Source of the DNA: Marinifilum sp.
GTDB lineage: Bacteria > UBA9089 > CG2-30-40-21
DNA: 53,488 nucleotides
Direction of reading: 5' to 3'
NCBI GenBank assembly: GCA_020717845.1
Contig: DYDG01000002.1
Span: 1-53,488, forward strand
In this document: in pieces, positions 10,044-18,836 of the stretch
Layout of the letters: each line of letters opens with the position of its first letter
Numbering within the stretch: position 1 is the first letter of the stretch
The notes under the pieces: model-generated
The model's database searches: none
Seen by the model: only the letters and a program-made list of their open reading frames with translations
Told to the model about the DNA's origin: nothing
Made by a program: the position numbers and the translations under genes

Positions 10044-12691
10044 CCCAGCATCCTCAAATTTTCCTCAAGGCTCCTCTTCTTTGCCTCAAGCAATCCCCCT
10101 TGCTCCCTCACCTTATCCACTACCTCAGAGGGTGCCTTATCAACAAAGCCTGGATTATTTAGTTTAGCCTGAACACCCTTTAAGCCCTGCAGAACCTCTT
10201 CAATCTGCTTCCCAAGCCGCATCCTTTCCTTTTCCATGTCAATTAATCCCTCAAGAGGGATGTAAATCTCCATGCCTTTGGCTACAACTACAGCTGAGGC
10301 ATGTGGTTTTTCTGCTTCAGGGTCAAAGACAATTGTTTCTATATTACCAAGCCGTTTGATATATTCGATGCACGATTTAAGCACATCAGCTGTCTCTTCT
10401 AAAGAATGCTTAACCATAATTACAGGAAGGTTTGTTTTTAGCCCAATATTCATCATGGAGCGAATATTGCGGATAGCACTAACCACCTCCATAACCAATT
10501 CCATATCCTCAATAGCCTTTTGATTGACTGATTCTGACTTTGGCCATTTAGAAAGCATTATGGTTGTCTCTTCCCTTTCGATTGACAATCTTTGCCACAA
10601 CTCCTCAGTAATAAACGGCATGAATGGATGAAGCAGTTTCAGGATAGACTCAAAGGTTGTGGCTATCAGATACTGAGCTGCTTTCTTTGTTGCACCATCC
10701 TGTCTCAGTCTGGGTTTGACCAGCTCAAGATACCAATCACAATACTCATGCCAGACAAAATGATAGATAACAGCAGAGGCCCCTGCAAACTCGAAAGACT
10801 CAAGTCCTTGAGTAACCTGAGTAATTGTTTGATTAAGCCGTGAAACTATCCACTCATCCGCTACCTCTTGTTGACATCCTTCTACAGATAAACCATCGTA
10901 GTCCTCCAGATTCATGAGGATAAACCTTGATGCATTCCATATCTTATTACAAAAGTGCTTATACCCTTCAATTCGTTCCTCAGAAAGCAGAATATCCCGT
11001 CCCTGGACAGCCATAATTGCCAGGGTAAACCTGAGGGCATCAGTCCCATAATCATCGATAACATGAAGCGGGTCAATAACATTCCCCTTTGATTTACTCA
11101 TCTTTTGACCCTCAGCATCACGAATCAGGGCATGGATATAAACCTTATGAAAGGGAATATCCTCTTGAAACTTCAAGCCCATCATGATCATTCGAGCAAC
11201 CCAGAAAAAGATGATGTCAAAACCAGTAGAAAGAACGCTGGTAGGATAAAACCGTTTCAAGTCATGGGTATCATCAGGCCAGCCAAGCGTAGAAAAAGGC
11301 CAGAGGGCAGAAGAAAACCATGTATCAAGCACATCCTCATCCTGTTTTAATTCACCACCACAGTTAGGACAATTCCCCACAGGATCTTTGCTTTCAACCA
11401 ATACCCTGCCGCATTGCTGGCAATACCAGACCGGAATACGATGCCCCCACCATATCTGTCGTGAAATGCACCAATCCTTGATATTTCTCATCCATTCAAA
11501 GTATGTCTTTTCCCAGCTCCTGGGCACAAACTCTATCCGCCCATCCTCTACAGCCTTGATTGCTTCTTCTGCAAGTCCTTTCACCCGAACAAACCATTGG
11601 GGTGAAAGATATGGCTCAACAATGGTATGGCATCGATAACAATGTCCCACAGACAGGGCATGTTCTTCAATCTTTTCCACAAGCCCTTGCTCTTGCAGAT
11701 CATGCAACAGGTGTTTACGGCAATCATATCGATCCTGTCCTTGATAGCATCCAGCGTTTTCATTCATGGTTGCATCAGGATTCAGGATATTTATCTGTGG
11801 CAGATTATGCCTCTTGCCAATCTCAAAATCATTAGGGTCATGAGCAGGGGTAACCTTTACCGCACCAGTCCCAAAGTCAGGCTCAACAAAGGAATCAGCA
11901 ACAATAGGTATCCTCCGATTTAACACAGGCAAGATCACATACCTGCCAATCAAACCCTGATACCGTTCATCATCCGGATTTACCGCAACTGCGGTATCAC
12001 CAAGCATGGTCTCTGGTCTGGTAGTAGCGACAACAATATATTTGCTATCTCCTTCCCCCTCAATAGGATACCTGAGATAATACAGGTGTCCACTCATCTC
12101 CTTATGCTCAGACTCAATATCTGAGAGAGCGGTGTGGCACCTGGGACACCAATTAACAATATAATTATCCCGATAGATGAGCCCTTCCTCATAAAGCCGG
12201 ACAAAAACCTCTCGGACTGCTTTTGACAGGCCATCATCCATAGTAAACCTTATTCGTGACCAATCGCAGGAAGAGCCAAGCCGCTTCAATTGATTGATAA
12301 TGATATCACCATACTGCTTTTTCCACTCCCATACCCGCTCAATAAATTTTTCACGACCCAGATCGCCTCGAGTTAATCCCTGCTTCTTCAGCTCTCGTTC
12401 CACCACATTCTGTGTCGCAATACCAGCATGGTCAGTGCCTGGCACCCAGAGGACACTTATCCCCTGCATCCGTTTCCACCGAGCCAGAATATCCTGAATA
12501 GTATTATTCAAGGCATGCCCCATATGAAGCGAGCCAGTCACATTTGGCGGCGGAATAACCATAGAAAAACATTCCTCCTGTTTTCCTATGGCTTGATCTG
12601 GCACAAAGCAATTATTCTCTTCCCAGTATCTGTACCATTTCTCTTCTACATCACGAGGTTCATATGCTTTTGGAATATCCAGTACATTCAT
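10040..12691 (-). CDS. valS: Valine--tRNA ligase
   Basis: PPPNVTGSLHMGH (HIGH), DWCISRQIWWGH, KMSKS and C-terminal coiled coil. Start set to the ATG at 12691, which has an aggag RBS. Confidence 0.98.
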   Translation of the reverse strand: MNVLDIPKAYEPRDVEEKWYRYWEENNCFVPDQAIGKQEECFSMVIPPPNVTGSLHMGHALNNTIQDILARWKRMQGISVLWVPGTDHAGIATQNVVERELKKQGLTRGDLGREKFIERVWEWKKQYGDIIINQLKRLGSSCDWSRIRFTMDDGLSKAVREVFVRLYEEGLIYRDNYIVNWCPRCHTALSDIESEHKEMSGHLYYLRYPIEGEGDSKYIVVATTRPETMLGDTAVAVNPDDERYQGLIGRYVILPVLNRRIPIVADSFVEPDFGTGAVKVTPAHDPNDFEIGKRHNLPQINILNPDATMNENAGCYQGQDRYDCRKHLLHDLQEQGLVEKIEEHALSVGHCYRCHTIVEPYLSPQWFVRVKGLAEEAIKAVEDGRIEFVPRSWEKTYFEWMRNIKDWCISRQIWWGHRIPVWYCQQCGRVLVESKDPVGNCPNCGGELKQDEDVLDTWFSSALWPFSTLGWPDDTHDLKRFYPTSVLSTGFDIIFFWVARMIMMGLKFQEDIPFHKVYIHALIRDAEGQKMSKSKGNVIDPLHVIDDYGTDALRFTLAIMAVQGRDILLSEERIEGYKHFCNKIWNASRFILMNLEDYDGLSVEGCQQEVADEWIVSRLNQTITQVTQGLESFEFAGASAVIYHFVWHEYCDWYLELVKPRLRQDGATKKAAQYLIATTFESILKLLHPFMPFITEELWQRLSIEREETTIMLSKWPKSESVNQKAIEDMELVMEVVSAIRNIRSMMNIGLKTNLPVIMVKHSLEETADVLKSCIEYIKRLGNIETIVFDPEAEKPHASAVVVAKGMEIYIPLEGLIDMEKERMRLGKQIEEVLQGLKGVQAKLNNPGFVDKAPSEVVDKVREQGGLLEAKKRSLEENLRMLG

Positions 12692-12823
12692 TACGTTACT
12701 CCTGTCTACAAAATACGGAATGCGTTGTCGAATTTCAAGCAACGGTTTGCATTATTTGCAAAGTTGCCTTTATGCAATTTAGCGAAGCGTTACAAATATG
12801 CTGTTATGCTGTAACCAACAAGC

Positions 12824-13039
12824 CTAAACTGCCATTTTTAATACTTCATATCTAACAGGAAAAAGTTGTTCCATATCTATATGTTTCGAAGCATCAAGAA
12901 TCTCAATTCCTACCACTTTCTCATCGTTACCTATATCCAGCACAATATCATCAGAGACTCGTCTGTTTATAATATCTTGTTTCCTATCGTCCAGCCGAAG
13001 ATATAACAAGTCAGTTTTATCATCAATCTGAATTCTCAT
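12824..13039 (-). CDS. DUF2283 domain protein
   Basis: DLLYLRL...IVLD...VVGIEILDAS pattern. Confidence 0.85.
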   Translation of the reverse strand: MRIQIDDKTDLLYLRLDDRKQDIINRRVSDDIVLDIGNDEKVVGIEILDASKHIDMEQLFPVRYEVLKMAV

Positions 13040-13077
13040 ACGATCTTCCTTTTCCCTCGTGATATTCTCTGCTTCCC

Positions 13078-13245
13078 TTAATTCTTTTCAAACTCAGAGG
13101 TTTGGGATTTTAAAGCAGCACTCTTGAGTACTGGTGGTTTTAAACTTTTAGGATCAATTTTTTCACCTTTAGGTTGATATCCTTCATTAAGTATTCTTGG
13201 TTGATAATCTCTTGTTTTAATCTCCTTCTTACTCCTCTCTTTCAT
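13078..13245 (-). CDS. 55-aa small protein with YQP/GYQP repeats, absent from the ORF track
   Basis: Manual translation MKERSKKEIKTRDYQPRILNEGYQPKGEKIDPKSLKPPVLKSAALKSQTSEFEKN; ggggg-tgg RBS upstream. Confidence 0.6.
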   Translation of the reverse strand: MKERSKKEIKTRDYQPRILNEGYQPKGEKIDPKSLKPPVLKSAALKSQTSEFEKN

Positions 13246-13367
13246 CTTTTCCACCCCCTTTTACCTGATATTCAAAAAACTCTATAAATTTAATCCTATC
13301 CACATTTGTTTAAGAACAGTTTCTTTTGTATTATCAAGAGAGCTACACAGCAGAGGTTGTTAACTTT

Positions 13368-14576
13368 TTAGATATTATCCCATAAATTTTTAAATACTAA
13401 CCCTCGAATATTCTCAAAAGCATCAACAATGGAAAGGGTTGTATCCCCAACATTATTAAAATCTTTATGCTTACCTCTAACACCATTGCTTCTAAAATAA
13501 GTTGTAAGGTCAATAGCTGCATCAAAAATCATAGATAAGTATTTTTTAGTTTCTTCATATGTCAACCCAGATACATTATCACATTGAATTTTTAGACATT
13601 GCAAATAGTGTCTAAAAGCCTCTCGTTCAGAAAAATTAACTGTTGTTGGTTGTGCTCCTTGAAATAAAATGTCAGTATAATTCGAATTGAATACTGGATC
13701 GGTTTTCATATCTTTAAGAATTCCGCCACTATGAGCTATATCCAAGAACTGTATTTGATATTCAGTTAATGCCTGTGGACAATAATACCATGTGCTTTTT
13801 CGTCCTCCTTCTTGTTCATCATCATCTATTTTAAAATCACCTAAAGGAAACATTCTGGTTTTCATCCATGTACCTGCACAAATAGCATCAACCTTTGCTA
13901 ATGATAGAAATAAAAATTGATGATTAGAATACCCAACTATTACAGTTTTTTCAAATAGTTTTAAACCAGCAACCAAATCAAATAAATTAATTAACCAAGA
14001 AGCATTATCAATCAAGTAAGAATTGTTAGGATGTATAGGTACAATATAAAAACCGTCAACAGGATAATTCTCTAAATAATCGAGCAAAGCATGAGTTTTT
14101 TCCTCATTTTTTAATAAATCTTCGCCAATACAAAGGGTCATATATTTTGGAATCTTTATATTCATTTTGTTAACAGCATTTTGAATAATAGAATTTATTT
14201 TATCAAAATCACCGTCTACATTAGAAAAATATATCCCTGGAATAATGAATGCATTGGCTTTTAAGGGCAAGACATAATCATTATATAAAACATTTAACAT
14301 TTCAGAACAGCCACTACCATTTAAAAACATGTTTGTATTGTAATTTGAAGGCCAAAAAGAATGTTCACATAGATTCTCATGAGATGTTCTGGGTACATAA
14401 AATTGAGGATCAAAAATCACCGAACCGTTATATTTCTCTAAACTATCTGACAGATTAAGCATTTTTTCGATAGTCATATTTTTAGGACTTAAAATGGATG
14501 TTGCCCCTTTCCATTTTTTATTTAGCTCAACACAATGTTCACGCATTCCATGACCCATTTGTAAATATAAATTCAT
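13368..14576 (-). CDS. Uncharacterised 402-aa protein, possibly TIM-barrel-like; third gene of the kinase cassette
   Basis: Long AT-rich ORF with gagga RBS, about 10 nt after the kinase stop. Motifs include LQMGHG, ILSP, FDPQFY and WYYCP, with an alternating beta/alpha pattern. Confidence 0.8.
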   Translation of the reverse strand: MNLYLQMGHGMREHCVELNKKWKGATSILSPKNMTIEKMLNLSDSLEKYNGSVIFDPQFYVPRTSHENLCEHSFWPSNYNTNMFLNGSGCSEMLNVLYNDYVLPLKANAFIIPGIYFSNVDGDFDKINSIIQNAVNKMNIKIPKYMTLCIGEDLLKNEEKTHALLDYLENYPVDGFYIVPIHPNNSYLIDNASWLINLFDLVAGLKLFEKTVIVGYSNHQFLFLSLAKVDAICAGTWMKTRMFPLGDFKIDDDEQEGGRKSTWYYCPQALTEYQIQFLDIAHSGGILKDMKTDPVFNSNYTDILFQGAQPTTVNFSEREAFRHYLQCLKIQCDNVSGLTYEETKKYLSMIFDAAIDLTTYFRSNGVRGKHKDFNNVGDTTLSIVDAFENIRGLVFKNLWDNI

Positions 14577-14586
14577 ACAATTATCC

Positions 14587-15453
14587 TCATTCTATTAGTG
14601 TGCTTTTAACGACATCAAAAAGAACTTTAGCTTCAGTCACATTTCTCGGTCTTCTAGAGATTCTATTATCGCCAAGTGTCTTAATAAATCTTGCTAATAG
14701 GAATTGAGTATCACCAGATATTTTTAAACGCGGTAGTGGTTGTTGCTCTATATTTTTTATAATTTGAAGAATGTCATTAGCATTTTGTATATATGGATTA
14801 TAACCAAGGATCATTTCAGCAGCAACAACACCTAATGAAAACAAATCAGTTCTGATATCAATTTCTCTCTTACAATTTCTTAACTGTTCTGAAGCTGAAT
14901 ATCCTACAGTACATGGTCCGAAAGGAGAATTTGTAGCTGTAATGGATTGTAAATCAAGATGTCTTGAAATACCAAAGTCAATTAACCAGAATTTATTTAA
15001 TTTATCTAATATAATATTTTCTGGTTTTATATCTCTATGGACGATTCTATTAGACTCAGCTTTTTCGAGTATACTTAGCATTACATCAAAAAAATTGATA
15101 ACCTCTGTTAATTGGAATTTTCTTTTTTCGCTAATTTCTTGTCGTAATGATAAGCCTTCAATATATTCCTCAACAATCCATATTAATTCATTAGGACTTG
15201 TTATCTCATCTATATTTGTCTTAATAATTACTGGTATATGACTGCTATTTAAAATGTTACAAGCTCTAACCTCACGCTTAACTCTTTCTAAAGAGTTTTC
15301 ATCAGAATGTATTATTTTTAATACAACTGTTTGATTTTCATAAAGAGCTTGATACACATGTTTTTGTCCTCCTTTTCCAATCAATTTTATTATTTTCAAA
15401 TTTTCAATTCTTGAATTTATTGAGTCAATCATTTCTTGTGTAATGTCAAACAT
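14587..15453 (-). CDS. Hanks-type serine/threonine protein kinase (stand-alone, soluble)
   Basis: GKGGQKHV glycine loop, VLK, HRDIKPEN, DFG, GYSASEQ and DLFSLG. Confidence 0.95.
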   Translation of the reverse strand: MFDITQEMIDSINSRIENLKIIKLIGKGGQKHVYQALYENQTVVLKIIHSDENSLERVKREVRACNILNSSHIPVIIKTNIDEITSPNELIWIVEEYIEGLSLRQEISEKRKFQLTEVINFFDVMLSILEKAESNRIVHRDIKPENIILDKLNKFWLIDFGISRHLDLQSITATNSPFGPCTVGYSASEQLRNCKREIDIRTDLFSLGVVAAEMILGYNPYIQNANDILQIIKNIEQQPLPRLKISGDTQFLLARFIKTLGDNRISRRPRNVTEAKVLFDVVKSTLIE

Positions 15454-16162
15454 AATTCACCCCTTTAGTTCTACCAATATATTCATGCATAAACCAGGTA
15501 GTAATATTTGAAGGCATTACATTTTTATCTGGATTCTTTATTATTTTATAATTGTTTTTGTAAGAAATAATTCCAACACTGGTATTTTTGTAACTATTTA
15601 ATAATTTTTCTGATATAGTATTTTCTGGAAAAAGAGAATATGATTTTGACGAAAAATACGTATTATTGATTGATTGCTCTAATGCTCTTTTCCAGTCCTT
15701 AAGCTTTGCTTCAATAGCAATAATTTCTTTAATAAAGAAAATATTTTTTAATGGTTTGGTTTTAAAGTTAAAACATTCCATTTCTTTGATTAGATTAATG
15801 TTACATAAAATATCAAGAGAATTTAAAATTACCTTTTTTGAAAAACCAAGCTCTGTAATTAATTCATCAATATTTTTACTATTAGATGATATATACAAAT
15901 GGTGAAGTATTTTTATGTCTGTAGTAGTCAACTTATTACGTTTTTCATCCCACTGAGTTCTCATTGATTTATCCCAAATTATACAAACTAAGTCTGGATA
16001 ACCAAAACCAGTAAAGGGTTCTTCAATTAGAGTATAATTATATTTCTCTGGATATTTATTATTATTAAAAAAATCAGATGATAAAAAATCTTTTAAAAAC
16101 AAGTATTCTTTTGTGATTTTCTGATTGGGTCTGATATAAATCATATAGCACCTTTTGGACAC
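15446..16162 (-). CDS. PD-(D/E)XK nuclease-like protein with inserted winged helix
   Basis: EP..GYPDLV then an HTH-like segment (IDELITELGFSKKVILNSLDIL) then IAIEAKLKDWKRALEQ. Overlaps the kinase start by 8 nt. The true start may be the ATG at 16144. Confidence 0.7.
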   Translation of the reverse strand: MSKRCYMIYIRPNQKITKEYLFLKDFLSSDFFNNNKYPEKYNYTLIEEPFTGFGYPDLVCIIWDKSMRTQWDEKRNKLTTTDIKILHHLYISSNSKNIDELITELGFSKKVILNSLDILCNINLIKEMECFNFKTKPLKNIFFIKEIIAIEAKLKDWKRALEQSINNTYFSSKSYSLFPENTISEKLLNSYKNTSVGIISYKNNYKIIKNPDKNVMPSNITTWFMHEYIGRTKGVNYV

Positions 16163-16211
16163 TTTTAAAATGTTTGTATCATGTCTATCTAATGCGGTTA
16201 TTTTCTACCAC

Positions 16212-16255
16212 TAAAACAAACAACACCCCATGTTTAAGCATGGGGTGTTGTTTGT
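16212..16255 (-). terminator. Rho-independent terminator after ogt
   Basis: acaaacaacaccccatg/catggggtgttgtttgt 17-bp stem followed by a T-rich run on the minus strand. Confidence 0.75.
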
Positions 16256-16293
16256 GAAACTTCAAATCGCAAGGATATGTCCCATATCTTCAC

Positions 16294-16845
16294 TTATGCA
16301 GCAAAACTTCCCATTACCTTCCCCATTCTTTCAATCTCCAATAATTTCCTTTTCCATTCAAACCCTCGAGTATAACTCTCTCTGGAGTATTCGCTGATAA
16401 CTACTCGATGGCAGGGGATGATAATTGGCAGGGGATTATATCTTAAGGCACTGGCTACTGGTCTGACTGCATCAGGGAAACCAACCTCTCTGGCAACCCA
16501 TCTATATGTCCTGATCTCACCATGAGGCACAGAACAGGTTATATCCCACACTTTTTTTTCAAATACATTTCCTCGATTAATATCTAAGGGGAAGTCAAAA
16601 ACTACCGATCTTTTTCTAAAATAATGCTTGAATGTCTCGCTTATCTCTGAAAAATAGTAAAAATCAAACAACATATTAGCATTGGGGGGGAGCTGTTTTC
16701 TCAACTCCCTGGCGACCATCTTTCGTTCCTTTTGGGGTAAGACTATAGCCCTTACCCCCTGGTCAGTAGATGCCAGTCCCATCCAACCGAGCTGGGTATT
16801 AAAATATACATAACGAAATATTTCTTGTTTTTCTGCTATTTCCAT
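16294..16845 (-). CDS. ogt: Methylated-DNA--protein-cysteine methyltransferase
   Basis: VPHGEIRTY..VA and NPLPIIIPCHRV active-site motif. Confidence 0.92.
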   Translation of the reverse strand: MEIAEKQEIFRYVYFNTQLGWMGLASTDQGVRAIVLPQKERKMVARELRKQLPPNANMLFDFYYFSEISETFKHYFRKRSVVFDFPLDINRGNVFEKKVWDITCSVPHGEIRTYRWVAREVGFPDAVRPVASALRYNPLPIIIPCHRVVISEYSRESYTRGFEWKRKLLEIERMGKVMGSFAA

Positions 16846-16875
16846 TATATTTTCACCAGATCATCAATGAAAATA

Positions 16876-16968
16876 TGGCGGAGAGGGAGAGATTCGAACT
16901 CTCGGTAAGGTTTTAGGCCCTACAACTGCTTAGCAGGCAGCCCCAATCGGCCACTCTGGCACCTCTCC
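16876..16968 (-). tRNA. tRNA-Ser(GCT)
   Basis: GGAGAGG acceptor stem, anticodon loop CT-GCT-AA, long variable arm, GTTCGAAT T-loop and encoded CCA. Confidence 0.96.
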
Positions 16969-16972
16969 GTGT

Positions 16973-17047
16973 TAGGTGTTTAGACTGAAGACTGTTAGGT
17001 TCAGATTCTTTCCTGCCTAACTAACAGCCTTTAGTCTAAACACCTTA
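16973..17047. repeat. Long hairpin between the tRNAs, member of a heptamer-based repeat family
   Basis: aggtgtttagactgaagactgttag...ctaacagcctttagtctaaacacct. Related cttcag[ct] repeats occur at about 22460-22522 and 38266-38290. Confidence 0.7.
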
Positions 17048-17051
17048 TATC

Positions 17052-17141
17052 TGGCGGCGGGAATAGGATTCGAACCTATGGATAGGTTACCCCATCAACG
17101 GTTTTCAAGACCGCCGCATTAAACCGCTCTGCCATCCCGCC
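17052..17141 (-). tRNA. tRNA-Ser(TGA)
   Basis: GGCGGGA acceptor stem, anticodon loop CT-TGA-AA, long variable arm and encoded CCA. Confidence 0.96.
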
Positions 17142-17143
17142 GT

Positions 17144-17177
17144 AAAAAGAATAAGTCCTATAAGACTTATTCTTTTC
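17144..17177. terminator. Hairpin/terminator after the outer-membrane protein gene
   Basis: aagaataagtc-ctataa-gacttattctt stem flanked by A and T runs. Confidence 0.6.
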
Positions 17178-18257
17178 TTAAAACTTCACTGTAGCCGATA
17201 AAAGATGTGTTCCACCACCATCTGATTCCAATAGACCATAATCAATCTGATACAGCATATTTGGTGCGGTTGACCCTTCTTCTGGCTTGCTTTTTAATCC
17301 AAATCCAATGGTATGCATACTCTTTCCATAGCACCCTGCCCTGACAGAGAACTTCTCGGTCAGCCATTTTTCTATCCCAATCCTGACCTCACTTTGCATC
17401 TCATTATCATATACATCCTTAACATTGAAATAATAGATGTCCACGGCAATGGTGGTATTCTCATCAGGCATCCAGGCTATACCTGGCCTGAAATTACGGG
17501 CATGTCGACGATGTAAATGATACGGTTCTATCTTTACACTCCGATCATATTTTTTCAAACATACAGGACACTCTGCACCAGGAGATACCTCAAAGGCATG
17601 TCCCCTATCGCAAACATAAATATCCTTATTAAAGTCATACCTTGGTTCGTTAACATCCTGGATTAATAATCCAAGGTTAACCTTATCAGACAGCTTATGC
17701 AGAACTCCAATATCGTATCCGTTTACCTCAGCCTCATATCCCATACCCTCGCGTGTATCCTTGCCATTCTCCCAGAGCTTAAAGTCATCCCTTTTTTCTA
17801 AGGATTGCGAATACCTGCGGATATTTACACCCATAGCTGTATTCTCAAACACCCCTGTTCCCCATCCTCCGATAGAGAGTGTCATCCAATCATCATTGGT
17901 ATAATAGGTATATTGATAAGTGCCAGTAGCAGCATCATAAATATCGAAATATGGATTTATTGCCTTAATCTGGCTTACACCAATCCCGCCACTTCCAATC
18001 TTTATCCCGCCAGCAGTCCAGTTCTGGTAATTAAGAAGAGCCTTATTATTCAATGTTTGCATATAAGTCAGCTCTGTCCCTTGCAGATTGCCCATACCAG
18101 CAGGGTTCCAATAACAGGAATGAATATCATCAGCCACCGCAACAAATGCCCCACCCATGGACAGGGGTCTTGCACCAAGACAGGCCTCTGTTATTCCCTG
18201 ATAACCAGGCAGCATCAAGATTGTTACTACCACATACCAGATCAATCTTTTCATCAA
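17178..18257 (-). CDS. Outer-membrane beta-barrel protein (PorV/UPF0164-like)
   Basis: Signal peptide, GARPLSMGGAFVAVADD...YWNPAG motif, amphipathic strands and terminal Phe. Confidence 0.8.
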   Translation of the reverse strand: MMKRLIWYVVVTILMLPGYQGITEACLGARPLSMGGAFVAVADDIHSCYWNPAGMGNLQGTELTYMQTLNNKALLNYQNWTAGGIKIGSGGIGVSQIKAINPYFDIYDAATGTYQYTYYTNDDWMTLSIGGWGTGVFENTAMGVNIRRYSQSLEKRDDFKLWENGKDTREGMGYEAEVNGYDIGVLHKLSDKVNLGLLIQDVNEPRYDFNKDIYVCDRGHAFEVSPGAECPVCLKKYDRSVKIEPYHLHRRHARNFRPGIAWMPDENTTIAVDIYYFNVKDVYDNEMQSEVRIGIEKWLTEKFSVRAGCYGKSMHTIGFGLKSKPEEGSTAPNMLYQIDYGLLESDGGGTHLLSATVKF

Positions 18258-18296
18258 TTACCTCCAGATTATTTTGTTATTCGCCTTCAGCACATA

Positions 18297-18761
18297 CTAT
18301 TTCTCAAGCCTTTTTTCTGTCCTTTCTGGCCACAACATTTCATACACCAGAGCAATCACCAGCCCAATAAACAAGCTATTTATTAATCCAGCAGCTACCC
18401 ACAACACGGTCATTTCACTTGGTATAAGCATAAAATTTTTCACTGTTCCCGGAAATTCACCAATTGCCCAGATAATAAGCCCAAAGAATATACCCTTAAC
18501 AACCCTTTTCCCTGGCAGGCTATCGTGAAGGATAGCAAAAAGGCATCCAAAAAGGATACCAATAAGCATATCAACCAGCCACATCCTTGATTCCCAGTAG
18601 GTAGCTGGCTTAAACAGCTTCCATAATTGGGAAAAAGCATGAGGCATTTCGGTCTTCATAGCAAGATAGACCTTCTCAAATGACTTCCACTCAAGAACAC
18701 TAATCCCAATCTTTAATCCGCCGGCAATAAAACCAGCGATAACACCTCTCAGGAATCTCAT
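18297..18761 (-). CDS. Hypothetical four-TM membrane protein
   Basis: Four hydrophobic segments; gaggg RBS. Confidence 0.75.
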   Translation of the reverse strand: MRFLRGVIAGFIAGGLKIGISVLEWKSFEKVYLAMKTEMPHAFSQLWKLFKPATYWESRMWLVDMLIGILFGCLFAILHDSLPGKRVVKGIFFGLIIWAIGEFPGTVKNFMLIPSEMTVLWVAAGLINSLFIGLVIALVYEMLWPERTEKRLEK

Positions 18762-18836
18762 TTATTCCCTCGCTTTTAGATGTCAAAGAGTCACATTCGC
18801 TTGCCCCTTGAACCCTAACCCCTCGAACCCTTCCTT

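Noticed and set aside
12692-12820. T-box riboswitch upstream of valS
   Set aside because: No convincing T-box motif or terminator/antiterminator could be identified.
16876-17141. tRNA-anchored integrative element with att repeats
   Set aside because: No duplicated tRNA 3' end or integrase was found, and ogt lies between the tRNAs and the AT-rich cassette.
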